Shown in pieces: positions 11,850 through 23,311 of a stretch of DNA of 64,000 nucleotides. How positions within the stretch are numbered: position 1 is the first letter of the stretch; every line of letters begins with the position of its first letter. The translations under genes were made by a program, and so were the position numbers. This DNA comes from Heterodontus francisci (lineage: Eukaryota): contig NC_090387.1 in assembly GCF_036365525.1 (NCBI RefSeq), positions 88,391,691-88,455,690 of the forward strand, read 5' to 3'. Below the pieces are notes generated by a model. That model searched no databases and was not told the DNA's origin. It saw only the letters and a program-made list of their open reading frames with translations.

Positions 11850-13760
11850 TTAAATAAATACGTTGCCTCGGCATTCACCAGGACATGATATTAACAGAAG
11901 CGATCAAGCAAAAAATCCATTTAAGATAGGAGACGGGTAAATTATACATCGATCAATAGTCTAGCTGAATTGCATCCGTGCATATTAAAGTAAGTTAGGG
12001 AAGAGATAACAGAGTTTAAAACACGCATAGTGCCGTTGTAGTAGCGGATAGATAATATAATTCCTATATTTGAAAAGGGAGCTACAGAATGTCCACAAAT
12101 TTATCGACCAATTAGCTCAACTTTGGCAGTATGCAAGATAATGGAATTCTTACTCGAAGATGCAATAGAAACACATGTAGAAAACATGAATAAAATGAAG
12201 AGCAGTAAGCACGTTTCCAAAAGGGAAAGTGAGGCTTGATAATTTGTTTTTATTCGTTCAAGGTGTGTGGGCGTCGCTGGCTAGGCCAGCATTTATTGCC
12301 CATCCCCAATTGCCCTTGAGATGGTGGCGGTGAGCTGCTTCTTGAAACGCTGCAGTCCATGTGGGGTACATACATCCACAGTTCTGTAAGGAAGGGAGTT
12401 CCAGGATTTTGACCCAGCGACAGTGAAGGAACGGAGATCTCGTTCCAGTCAGGATGGTGTGTGGCTTGGAGGGGAACCTGCAGGTGGTGGTGTTCCCATG
12501 TATTTGCTGCTCTTGTCCTATTAGGTGGCAGAGGTCACAGGTTTGGAAGATGCTGTCTAAGGAGCTTTGGTGCAGTGCATCTTGTATATGGTACACACTG
12601 CTGCCACTGCGTGTCGGTGGTGGAGGGAATGAATGTTTGTGGATGGGGTGCCAATCAAGTGGCCTGCTTTGTCCTGGATAGTGTCGAGCTTCTTGAGTGT
12701 TGTTGGAGCTGTACCCATCCAGGCAAGTGGAGAGTACTTCATCACACTCCTGACTTGTGCCTTGAAGATGGTGGACAGGCTTTGGGGAGTCAGGAGGTGA
12801 TTTACTCACCGCAGGATTACTAGCCTCTGACCTGCTCTTGTCGCCACACATTTATATGGCTGCTCCAGTTCAGTTTTTGGCCAATGGTAATCTTATCAAA
12901 TCTTATCGAATTATTTGAAATTTTGAAATTTCAAATCTTATAGCATTATTTGAAATAGTACAGAAAAAGGTGCTAAGGGTAAAGCAGTAAATATTTGAAT
13001 ATTATCAAAGCAGCAGATTTGGATTTGCAAACGTCACTCGATAAGATGCGGCATAATAGACACGTGACTAAGGTCAGAACAGCAAAGTGTGAAATCAGCG
13101 GACCGCAGCAGAATGGATACGAAGCTGGCTACAAAACAAAAAGTAGGGTCCAAAGGTAGTAATGCAGACAGGCAAAAGGTGAAAAGTAATGTTCCACAAT
13201 TCTTAGTGCTTGTACCATTATTGTTCGCTATTTACATAAACAGTTTGGATTAAGCAATCGAAAGTCGAATTTCAAAATTTGCAGAGGACCAGATTCCGGT
13301 GTATTGTTAATGTAGAGGAGGAATGTGAGAAAATGCAGTAAGGCATTAATACACTTGCAGAATTAGAATATAATTAGCAAAAAAACATTAAGATAGATAA
13401 GTGTGAGGTAATATATTTTGGTAGGAAGAATAAAGAAATCACATACTTGGAAAATAAGTATAAAGGAATAGAGGAATCAGGGGGTGCAGTACACAAATAA
13501 CTAAAAGCAGCAGTACAGGTTCATGAGGCGATAAAAACATACACGTTCATTTCTAGAGGTGTAGAATTCAAAAGCTAGGAAATTATGTTAAACTTTTATA
13601 GAACCTTGGTTAGACAACACTTGGAGTACTTTGAACAATTCTCATGTTCGTATTATAATCAAAATGTACAGTGGGACTGGAAAAGATTCAAAAACTGTCT
13701 ATAATGATACGAGAAGTGAGAGGTTATATTTATCAGGAAAGATTTAATGTTCTTTCTTAA
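11850..13760 (+). mobile_element. Old CR1 LINE RT region, interrupted at 12243-12890
   Basis: Degenerate LHPxIL, NIIPIFxKG, YRPISL and KFAxD motifs. Confidence 0.6.
12243..12890 (-). mobile_element. 3' fragment of the Deu-headed CR1-group LINE family
   Basis: KYSPLAWMGTAPTTLKKLDTIQDKAGHLIG matches 44677-45276; same 3' tail. Confidence 0.85.
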
Positions 13761-13779
13761 AATGAGAAGTCTTAAAGTT

Positions 13780-15730
13780 ATAATTAGTAAAGAAATGATG
13801 TGGAGAAATTAATGGTACTTAAAGTCAACAAATCCCCTGACCTGACAGCTTGCACACTAGTTTTTGTTTTAAAAGATAAGTACAGAGATAGTGGGTGCAT
13901 TGTTTTTGATCTTCCAAAATTCCCTAGATTCTAGAACAGCTGCCATGGATTGGAAAGTAACAAATGTAACCCGGCTATTAAGGAAAGGAGGGAGAGAGAA
14001 AGCAGGAAACAATAGATTAGTTAGCCTGACATCAATAGCAGGGAAAATGCCAGATTCTATTATTAGGGACATAATCACAGGGCACTTGGAAAATCATCAT
14101 GCAATTACACAGAGTCAACACGGATTTATGCAAGAAAAATCGTGTTTGACACACCTATTAAATGTTTTGAGGACGTAATTAATAGGAAGGATAAGGGGGA
14201 GCGAGCAGATGTAGCGTATTTGGATTTTCAAAACACAATCTATAAGGTTTGACAGAATAGGTTAGTACAGAAAATTCAAGCTCATGGGATTGGAGATAAT
14301 ATATTCGCATGAATAGAGGATTGGTTAATGGATAGAAATTGGAAATTCGGAATCATTTACATTTTCGGGTTGGCAGGCTGTTATTAGTAGGGTGGAACTT
14401 GTACCAGTGCTTGAATCTTAGCAACTTACAATCTAGATCAATGACTTAGATGAGGGGACCAAATGTAAAGTATGCAAGTTTGCTGATGACACAAAAGTTA
14501 GGTGCGAATGTAATCAGTGAAGAAGATGCAAAGTGGCTGCAAAGGGATATACTCAGATTGAGGGAGTGCCAAAAACATGACAGATGGAATATAATGAGAG
14601 GGAGTGTGAAGTTATCCATTTTGGAAGGAAACATTGAAAAGCAGAATATTTTTAAATGATGGGAAACTGGATAATATTGGTATTCAGATACCGGAATCTC
14701 CTTGTACATCAATCACAGAAAGTTAACATGCAAGTAAAGCAAACAATGAGGAATATGATCATATGTTCATCTATGTTAAAAAGGAATTGGAACATAAGAG
14801 TGAACAATTCTTACTACAATTTTATAGGACCTTGGTGAGAGCACAGTCAGTGTATTACGTACAATTTTGGTCTCTCTACTTATGGAAGGATATACTTGCC
14901 TTGGAGGGAGTGTAACGGAGGTTCAGTCGATTGACCCCTGAGATCAGAGGATTATCCTATGGGGAGAGACTGAGTAAATAGATCTATATTCCCTACAATT
15001 TAGCAGAATGAGAGGTAATCTCATTGAAACATAAAATGCCTAATGGGCTGATAGAAAAAATGTTGGGAGAATGTTTTCCTTGTTGGAGAGTGTAGAATTA
15101 GGTGTCACAGAATAAAGGTCCAGCCATTGACGATTGAGATGCGGAGAAATTTCTTCAATCAAAGGTTGTATGCCTTTGGAATTCTCGACCCAAACGGGCT
15201 GTGGTACTCCATCGCTGAGTATATTCAAGACAGAGATTGATAGAGTTTTGGACATTCAGGAAATTATTGGATATTAGGATAATGTGGAAAGGTGGAGTTG
15301 AGGTCAAAGATCATCCACTCCCGTTCTTATGATTGTTAAGACTGAGAGATGGCAAGATGAAGGTTTCTATGATTATAAAAGGAATTAACAGAATAGACAT
15401 ATAGAAAATATTTCTGCTTGTGGGCGAGACCCGAACTGAAAGCCGTAAATATAAGATAATCGTGAATAAATCTAAAAAGAAATTGATCAGAACACGTATG
15501 ATCCAAAGGATGGTTAGAATCTGGAATTCGCTACCACAAGGAGTAGTTGAAATGATTAACATAGGTGGAGTTAAGGAGAAGCTAGATAAATTCATGAGGT
15601 AGCAACGAATAGAAGATAGGTTGATCGGGTTAGATGAAGTAGTGTTGGAAGAGGTTCATGTGGTGCATGAATACTGGCATGGGCTTGTTGAGCCGAATGG
15701 TCTGTTTTTGTGTAGCAAATACTATGTAAG
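13780..15730 (+). mobile_element. CR1 LINE fragments (RT to 3' end; two adjacent pieces)
   Basis: ORF 13891-14178 DWKVTNVT...LVSLTSIAGK...QHGFMQEKSCLTHLL; CR1-like 3' ends near 15300 and 15720. Confidence 0.75.
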
Positions 15731-16069
15731 ACTGCTATGTAATGCTACATAATAGAGCTGACCCAAATAACTAGCCTTATCAACTCCCATGTAACTAGAT
15801 AAGGAGCTCCCATTCCCCTTGTTCCCACTTGGAACCTATGATGAGAAATGCATTGGTTCCTTTATGTTACAGGGATATCAAATTTCAAGAATAGAGGCAG
15901 GTCCAGATGCCAGTGTCTTGCCGTCATTAAATCGCGTGCTCCTTCCTCCCATTCCAATAAATGACAATGCGATTTACAAACAGCCCATTACGCACTGGTA
16001 GATGTAATAGTCAGACACCAGGGTAGACAACTCCCACGGAACCGTAACGTCATTGAACATCATTGGTGT

Positions 16070-16219
16070 TTATACAATCTCGACTTCTATGCTTGGCTTG
16101 TTTATCTTGATCTCTGAATACTCCACTCCCCTTCTCTTCTGTTTCCTTCTTGCCATTTTATAGGAACAGGGGAAATCCAGAGATGCATAAGTCAGATTAA
16201 CATCCGTCCCTTGTTTGGT
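16070..16219 (-). CDS. Terminal cytoplasmic exon of V-C1 inhibitory receptor: TKQGTDVNLTYASLDFPCSYKMARRKQKRRGVEYSEIKINKPSIEVEIV*
   Basis: Strong acceptor ctttcatttttgcttccacag, phase 0; ITIM LTYASL and ITIM-like VEYSEI; TAA at 16072-16070. Not in the ORF track. Confidence 0.85.
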   Translation of the reverse strand, partial: TKQGTDVNLTYASLDFPCSYKMARRKQKRRGVEYSEIKINKPSIEVEIV

Positions 16220-16359
16220 CTGTGGAAGCAAAAATGAAAGAAAAGTTGCATCTGCTACCCAATCTAGTTGTTCCAGGCTGTCAATACACCTTACTCAGAT
16301 CAGACACTAATGCCGGAGACGTCCTAACTGGAATGGACTGTTGTGTTTCTCGGCCGTAC

Positions 16360-16470
16360 CTGGGCATAGACGGTGCGATCTTTCTCACGTCTGGTTTTCC
16401 CAGCTTCCCTGTGCCCACTGAACCTGAGAGCAGCGTAAGACAGACTCCCGGCCTTTCCTCTGCGCAGAAT
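16360..16470 (-). CDS. Penultimate cytoplasmic exon: ILRRGKAGSLSYAALRFSGHREAGKTRREKDRTVYAQ
   Basis: ITIM LSYAAL and TVYAQ; donor CAG|gtacgg phase 0 matches the next exon; 5' acceptor (cctcag|ATT) is less certain. Confidence 0.75.
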
Positions 16471-17519
16471 CTGAGGAGCGGTTTTGGAGAAATACTAGCT
16501 GTATATAAAATCACAAATGCACGGTACAGGGCCACAAAAAACAAAAACAGACTGCGCAAGTGTAATTACTGCAGTTGATAGTTGTAAATGACATTATCCC
16601 TGCGATAATTGTCATATAAGGACAATGGACATAACTAATTCCCAGCTTGTGTCATTCCCCTGAATATTCATTCGCAATCCTTGTTATCAGAGCTCATCCT
16701 GGAACGTTGAACCACGGTCTTGGCCCGTTTGCTGCTGTATAGTGTATCCAAGTTCTGAGTTTGCTTATTTCAGAAAACACATTTAACCTCAGTTGCTGAG
16801 CGCCCAGTAAGGAGCAGGTGGAGATACCAGTTTCGCTGCCAGGGCGCAGCGCTGGTCAACATTCAGAGCCCCATTTAAAAGTTTATGGGTGGGGATGTCG
16901 GTTGGCAACAGAATGGAGCTGGGCTATGCCTCGTCACGTGTTTGAATAGCCATCCAACTCGCCCTGACAAGATGCAAACATCAACACTCAGTTGCCCTTA
17001 AAACGAATATCAAACATTGAACAGGTGATTGACTATTGCGATTTAATGTAAGACTCAACACATTATAGCAGTCAGACTGGATCAGCTTCAACTGAAATGA
17101 ACAAATTCTTCAAAAAAGTCAAAGAATTTTAGTGGTGTTTGCGAGAACTGGAGGGTTGTGTGAATTCGTGTGTCATTGTTGCCCTCATGGGTCATTCACT
17201 ACATGATCAGAGGCGAGGACACTGGGGACAAATGCGATCCCTCCAGCAGTTAACGCTGAGACGTTTGCCGCTATTGAGGGTCACAATGACACTGCAACTT
17301 CCAGCGATTGCACTTGCGCCAAAGACTGGAATTGCGGTGTGCCTCAACGGGCTCTGGAGGAACGTGTACTGATGGTGTAGTTGGCCCGCTCTCTAAAGCA
17401 GCAAAGACCTGTGTAATCCGTCAATTTGTGCTGATTTTCCACATGTTTCGCTGATTTTCCTGCCGACTTATTTATTGCTAGTATCAACAGGCACAAGACT
17501 TGCTCCGGAGTGCATCAAC

Positions 17520-18633
17520 ATCTGTAAGCATTATTAAATATTAAAAGTGTGTCCCGATCATGCAGTACGAAGTTATGAACTATAAATATGAATTTATGAA
17601 GTATAAACCCGAAACGCGCACTTTACTGAAAACAAAATGGAGTTGAGAGGTTAAATGACCTTTTCTTTCCTGCCAATACACATGGAACTGCAAGACCCTT
17701 GAGCTAATTTTCATGTCTGGACAAGTCTTGGTGAAATCATTAAAATGCAAATGACCTTTCCGGACATTTCTTTGAGAAATTATTAAAATGAAAACAACCC
17801 TTCCTGTGGTAATTGCTGCATTTCTCCAACTAATTGAAAAGAACTGGACTCACAATACTGTTGTAGTCTCTTCGACTGCAAACTTGTAATCCAGAAAATG
17901 AGTGTAAATAGCTCTATTTGCCAAGATGGTATGGAGATGAGTGATACCCTAACTCTATTGTCTGACAATGACTTAACCATCATGAGGACAATGGAAAGAG
18001 ATGCTCTGGTCACATTTCAGAAACTAGGTTTTTGATAAGGGGTTTTAATAAGGTATATTCTGGGCAGACTGTAACAAAAAATATCTATGTGAATGAAGAA
18101 AAAGGACCCTGCCGAAGAACACCAGCTTTAATCCACCTGTAGACAGAGACTCGAGTTGGCCCTGAATTCTCCCTTGGAGGAACCGTACTAGGGTCTCACC
18201 ATTGAACCACGACAGGAATGTAAAAAGAGAAATCTGCTGTTGCTAACACAAAACATCCTCCTAAACACCCAGAGCTTTACGTCAGTGAACAAAAATGAAT
18301 TACAGGCCTGCATCATTTCAAGTCTTCACCCTAGGGAAAAGCAAGTGTAACAGAGAAGTCTTGAAATCATAAGACCTAAACCCATGCTACTTCTATTATC
18401 GCAATCTTTTGTGTGTGTGTATCATTATGTGAGAGTGAGTGTAGTTGCTTACATTTGGGTGTTTAACAATAAGCATTCATCTTTTAAAAAAAATTATGAG
18501 AAAACCTGTCATTTGTCTGTTCCTGACCATTGTACCACCCAGGAATTAAAACATTTTTGTAATACTCTGTCTTCGGTCAATGGAGAGGTGAAAAGGGGGA
18601 AACCATCCCGATCATCTCTCCTTCCCCCGTAAC
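17520..18633 (+). mobile_element. Possible solo LTR
   Basis: About 1.1 kb non-coding block ending ...cccgtaaca with a (TG)-rich stretch and polyA-like signal near the end; no TSD found. Confidence 0.25.
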
Positions 18634-19029
18634 AGGAAATGCGACGCTTTTGTTTAGCTTTTACTTGGCCCCGTGAATCACTTGATTCCCGTGTACAAGG
18701 GACCGAATTTTAGTGGTAACAATTCGGTGCTTTATTGGCCGGGATCTTGCAAAGCCAATAAATGCCAAAGCTGAGAAGTTCGCTGCTATTGAAGACCGCA
18801 ATGCACTGCAACTTCCGGGGAGCTGACTTACGCTCGAATCAGTAACTTGCGTCGCGTTTGAATGGGCTCCGGGGGAGCGCATGCTCACGGTCCTGTTATA
18901 GAGTTATAGACCTGTTGGGACCTGTCATTCGGGAACTTGGGCTTATTGCCCTGTACTTACCCCAGTATTTAAACTGATTTATTTAGGGGTGGACTCTGCT
19001 CTGGAACACTGCCCTTTAAATTAACAGGA

Positions 19030-19610
19030 GTGTGCAAACATTCCCGCACGGCAGGCAGTTCCGCACCACCGGCAGCATCCCCACCACGGCACTCCCAGAA
19101 ACCCAACTCTGCATCATCCGCCCGACACCCCCAGCTCCGCAACTCCTCCCCCAGTCAACCATGCCTCCGTAACCCCGGTCCCATCACCCCAAGCTCTGCA
19201 CCCCATCTCGACACCCACCTCCCACCCCCCGCCACTCCCCGGCTCCACACCTCCTCATCAGCTCCGCACACGCCCTCTTCACCCTGGCTCCGAATTTACC
19301 TCCCTGCACGTCCTCTCCAGGTCCGCACCACAACCCCATCAACCCGCTTCCCCCCAGCACAGTCCTGGCGCACCGCAAGGCGCAGATCCCACGCACCTTC
19401 CCCCCAACACGTCACTTCCGGCTCTTTTCCGACTTCTGCGGCACTGTGGTGGCAGGTTGGAGATGAGCTGGAGGTACGTGGGGTGGGAGGGGGTTGTGGG
19501 GGGGGCGGGGGGTGCGGAACTGGAGTCAGACCTGGGAAACCGGGAGACTCGGTGGGGGGCGGAGCCGGGGGAGATGTGTGTGTGGGGGGGGGGGGGGGGG
19601 GAGGGAGCTG
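19030..19610. repeat. GC-rich low-complexity tract, C-rich half followed by G-rich half
   Basis: C-rich 19060-19410, G-runs 19478-19605. Confidence 0.6.
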
Positions 19611-21626
19611 CCATTAAAAATCTATGAAATAAATAATCATAAAACAAACTCAATCGTGATTGAGCTGAAGGCAGATCTCAAGGGGCATGTCTCCAGCTCG
19701 TGACGTCAGAGGTGGCGTGCCATCGCCTGGATTGCTCTGCACCTCGCGGCCTCGCCACTCACTTCACTGATGGATCCACGCTGCAGACCGGCGAACCAGT
19801 TCCCGCTACAGCCAACGCAAAAGCTCGGCACGTAATGTTAAACGTAATCAGTATAGTAGGCCTCCACTTCGCCGCTGACCACAAGATCTGATCCATTCAT
19901 TTCGATGGAATCTGCTCTAGTCTGATTGCTCTAATTTGTTAAGAGTCTTGCTTTAACGCACGATTATTAATTATCTGTTCAATGTTTGATGTTTGTTTTT
20001 AGGGAAACTGTGTGTTTATGACAACAGTACTCATCGGATAATAGATTTCTTTTTAAATTCCAAGTCGAGAATGTGACGACATTTTGGAGTCTCCATGGGG
20101 AAACAACAAATGTCACGCAGGACGAGGGAAGAAAACCCCTGTATTCTCGCTTTGCAAGTTAGGAAACCTACATCACCATTATGAAGCGTTTCTATTTTAC
20201 TTGGTAGACTTAGGTCTACAATTTGTCTCTCACTCTGCGGGATGGTGCACTCTCTGTTTTCTCATTTACTAATAATGCTGTTTCTGCACTCTTTCATAAA
20301 TTTAGCTTAAGCAGCATTGGGGGAATTTCCCTTCCAGTCTTAAAATGCAGTTAATGTACTGCTGAACAAGAGGAAAATGCCAATCAGGGGGCCCGGTGTA
20401 TATTTTGAAAAGAAACACAATCGCAATTACTGGCAGACTTTAACACCTCATGAAGTATATAGAGCGCTTGTTAGAACCATCAATAAATTACCCCCGCCAC
20501 CCTACCATCCCGCAGAACAGCGGGCGCTGTGCCATAATTACACATCGTTCTTGCTGTATCTTTAAATGAGCATTTCAAACTTCTACAAAAAGCTCTGCAT
20601 AATCATAAAGTATTTTCCGCAACAAAATAAATTATATTGTTACAAATATCATCCTTTTCTGGGTAACTTAAAATAGGTTATACATGTATTTAAAAGAGAA
20701 TAACAGTTTTACGGAGTGGGGTGGCCTCGCCGACAATGCGCCACTCTGCTCGGCCTCGCAGATCCTGCCAACGTTGGGTCATGCTGCAGCAAGAAGTGGA
20801 TGATCTTGCTGCAGCCAACTAACCAGGTAAGTTCGTATTTCTCTGTGTAGTAAGGGGCATACGCCGCCGTTTCGCCGCTGACCGCAAGATACGAGCAAGT
20901 ATTCCCGTGTGCTACACCATTAGCGGGAGCAGTTCTAATGTCCCAGTAATACCGATATAACGTGTGCAGTGCATTGCAACAGCAGTCTATTTCTCATTAC
21001 ATCAGCGTGAAACTGACCTGCTCCTCGAACTGACCGGGTATATCCTCACTGATCTCTGTGCCTATTAGAGAACGACATTTATATCAATAATCAATTTCAT
21101 CGTGAACTAGACGCGCGACATGTCCGCCAAAAGTTACTCAACATTCGAACTAAGTCACCCGACTCACCATCAGTGGAAAAATCGCATCCGGTTCTAATAG
21201 TGGATCCTCTGGAGCCCATTTTACAGCCGAACACCCAGCGTTACATGCCCACTACCTGGTTCACGTTGTCTACCCTAAGGTTGCTGTCCCTCCCTGCACA
21301 GTCCAACATTAGCGGCATTTAATGTACAGACTTCATATCATCACCTACAGAGTTCACATCATCAGCTTCAGTAATCGCGAAGAATGAAAATACTGTTAAG
21401 TTTAATATTCAAACCTGGGGAAAGTATTCCGAAGGGTCCTTAATGCTTTAGGTCCTACCCTCGTCACAACAATGGGCCCCAGGAGGACAATCTCTCTCAG
21501 TGCAATAGATACTGCTCTGGTAGTCTAGACCCCAGTACGGATCATTTAAGCTTCCCGTTGCCTTAGCGCTCAAATGTAACGAAACGATAAAACACGATTC
21601 TGAAGCAGGATCGTGTCACGACTTAC

Positions 21627-21740
21627 CTTCACTTCTCTCTAATTTCCATCGCTTGACAAAAATTACCAACAGCAGGATTATTAACCCGCTCCCTACACAT
21701 CCAGACACCAAGGCGTAGAACAAAATACCGTCACCGTCAC
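21627..21740 (-). CDS. Transmembrane exon: (G)DGDGILFYALVSGCVGSGLIILLLVIFVKRWKLERSE
   Basis: Acceptor ctttctctgccccttttag, donor G|gtaagt, phase 1-1; uncharged hydrophobic span followed by KRWK stop-transfer. Confidence 0.88.
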
Positions 21741-22615
21741 CTAAAAGGGGCAGAGAAAGTGGAATGTTAATTAATTAAGCAATGTCAGATAACAGGCAGC
21801 ACCAACACGACACAGCGGTTTTTTTTGGAGTGGCGAGAGGTACCCCGTGGAGTTAGGCCCAATGCTTTTTTGATACGTATATTGATGACGTGGACTTGGG
21901 TACATAGAGCGTAATTTCAAAATTAGCAGATAACTCAAAAATCCAGAAATTTAATAAGCAATGAGGGGTATAGTAATAGAATTCAAGCGGACATAGATTG
22001 ATGCGAACATACAAACATAAAAATTAGGAGCAGGAGTAGACCACTCGGCCCCTGTAACCTTCTCCACCATTTAAAAAGATCATGGTTGATCTGATTGTAA
22101 CCTCAACTACACATGCCCGCCTATAACCGAAAACCTTGCACTCCCTTGCTTATCTACATCTGCCTTAAAATATTTAAAGACTCTGCTTTCATCACATTTT
22201 GGAGAGTTCCAAAGACTCATGACCCTCTGAGAGAAAGAAAAAATGTCCTCATCTCTGTCTTAAATGGACAGCCTCTTATTTTTAAACCCCTAGTTCAAGA
22301 TTCCTCCACAAGAGAAAACATCCTTTCCACATCCACCCTGTCGACCCTTCGGGACCTTACTCTTTTCTCAACTCCAGTGGTTACAAGCGTAGCCTGTTCA
22401 ACCTTTCCTCATATGATAACCGGTCCATAACAGCTATTAGTCCAGTAAGCCTTCACTGAGCTGCTTCCAATGCATTTACATCCTTCCTTAAATAAGCAGA
22501 CCAGTACTGTACACCATGCGCCAAATTTTGTCGCACCAATGCCCTGTATAACTAAAGCACAACCTCCCAACTTTTGTATGAAAATTCCCTCACAATAAAC
22601 AATGACATTCTATTA

Positions 22616-22907
22616 ACTAGTCGTTTGGTAGTACAGTACTTGAGTATTGATGGCAATAGCGACATGTTGTCAAAGCTTTTCATCTTGCACTCATCAGGAC
22701 AACCACAAGAATACCAATTAAAGGGAAAACAACAACTTTATACTGTATAAGATGAGAGTGCTGATTGGTTGGGTTGTGATCTCTGATTGGTAGAGGCGTT
22801 GCCATGGAGAGTACACCAGTTAATTGTGACTGACAGTTAAATGTCAAGCCCTGACCAGTGCAAGAATAAAAGCTTCGACAACATGTCTCTATTTTCAGCA
22901 ATACTCA
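22616..22907. mobile_element. Penelope-like terminal repeat with partial inverted copy, 11-bp TSD
   Basis: TSD acattctatta at 22605-22615 and 22908-22918; hammerhead motif on minus strand at about 22668-22703. Confidence 0.75.
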
Positions 22908-23311
22908 ACATTCTATTAGCTTTCCTAATTACTTGTTGTTCCTGCATATCAATCTTTTGTGATTCATGCTCCAGGACACCCAGATCCCTTTGCATCTCAG
23001 AGCTCTGCAATCTCTTGCCATTTAGATAATATGCTTCTTTTTTATTCTTCCTGCCAAAATGGAAATTTCACATTTTCCCACATTATACTCTATTTACCAG
23101 ATCTTTGCCCACTCCCTTAACCTATCTAGGTCCCTTTGTAGCCTCCTGATGTCCTCTTCACAACTTACTTTCTTACCTATCTTTGTACCATCAGCACGGT
23201 TACCAACCATACCTCAGTCACTTCATCTAAGTCGTGTTTAAGTAGTATAATGTTAAGGCCCCAGCACTGATCCCTGTGGCACACCACTCGTTACATCTTG
23301 CCAACCAGAGA

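Noticed and set aside
16281-16559. 92-aa minus ORF with signal-peptide-like start
   Set aside because: Overlaps the ITIM exon in a different frame; hydrophobic start is intronic pyrimidine-rich sequence
19030-19703. Pro/Gly-rich ORFs (also 57570-57955 and 63280-63516)
   Set aside because: Artefacts of C-rich or G-rich tracts lacking stop codons
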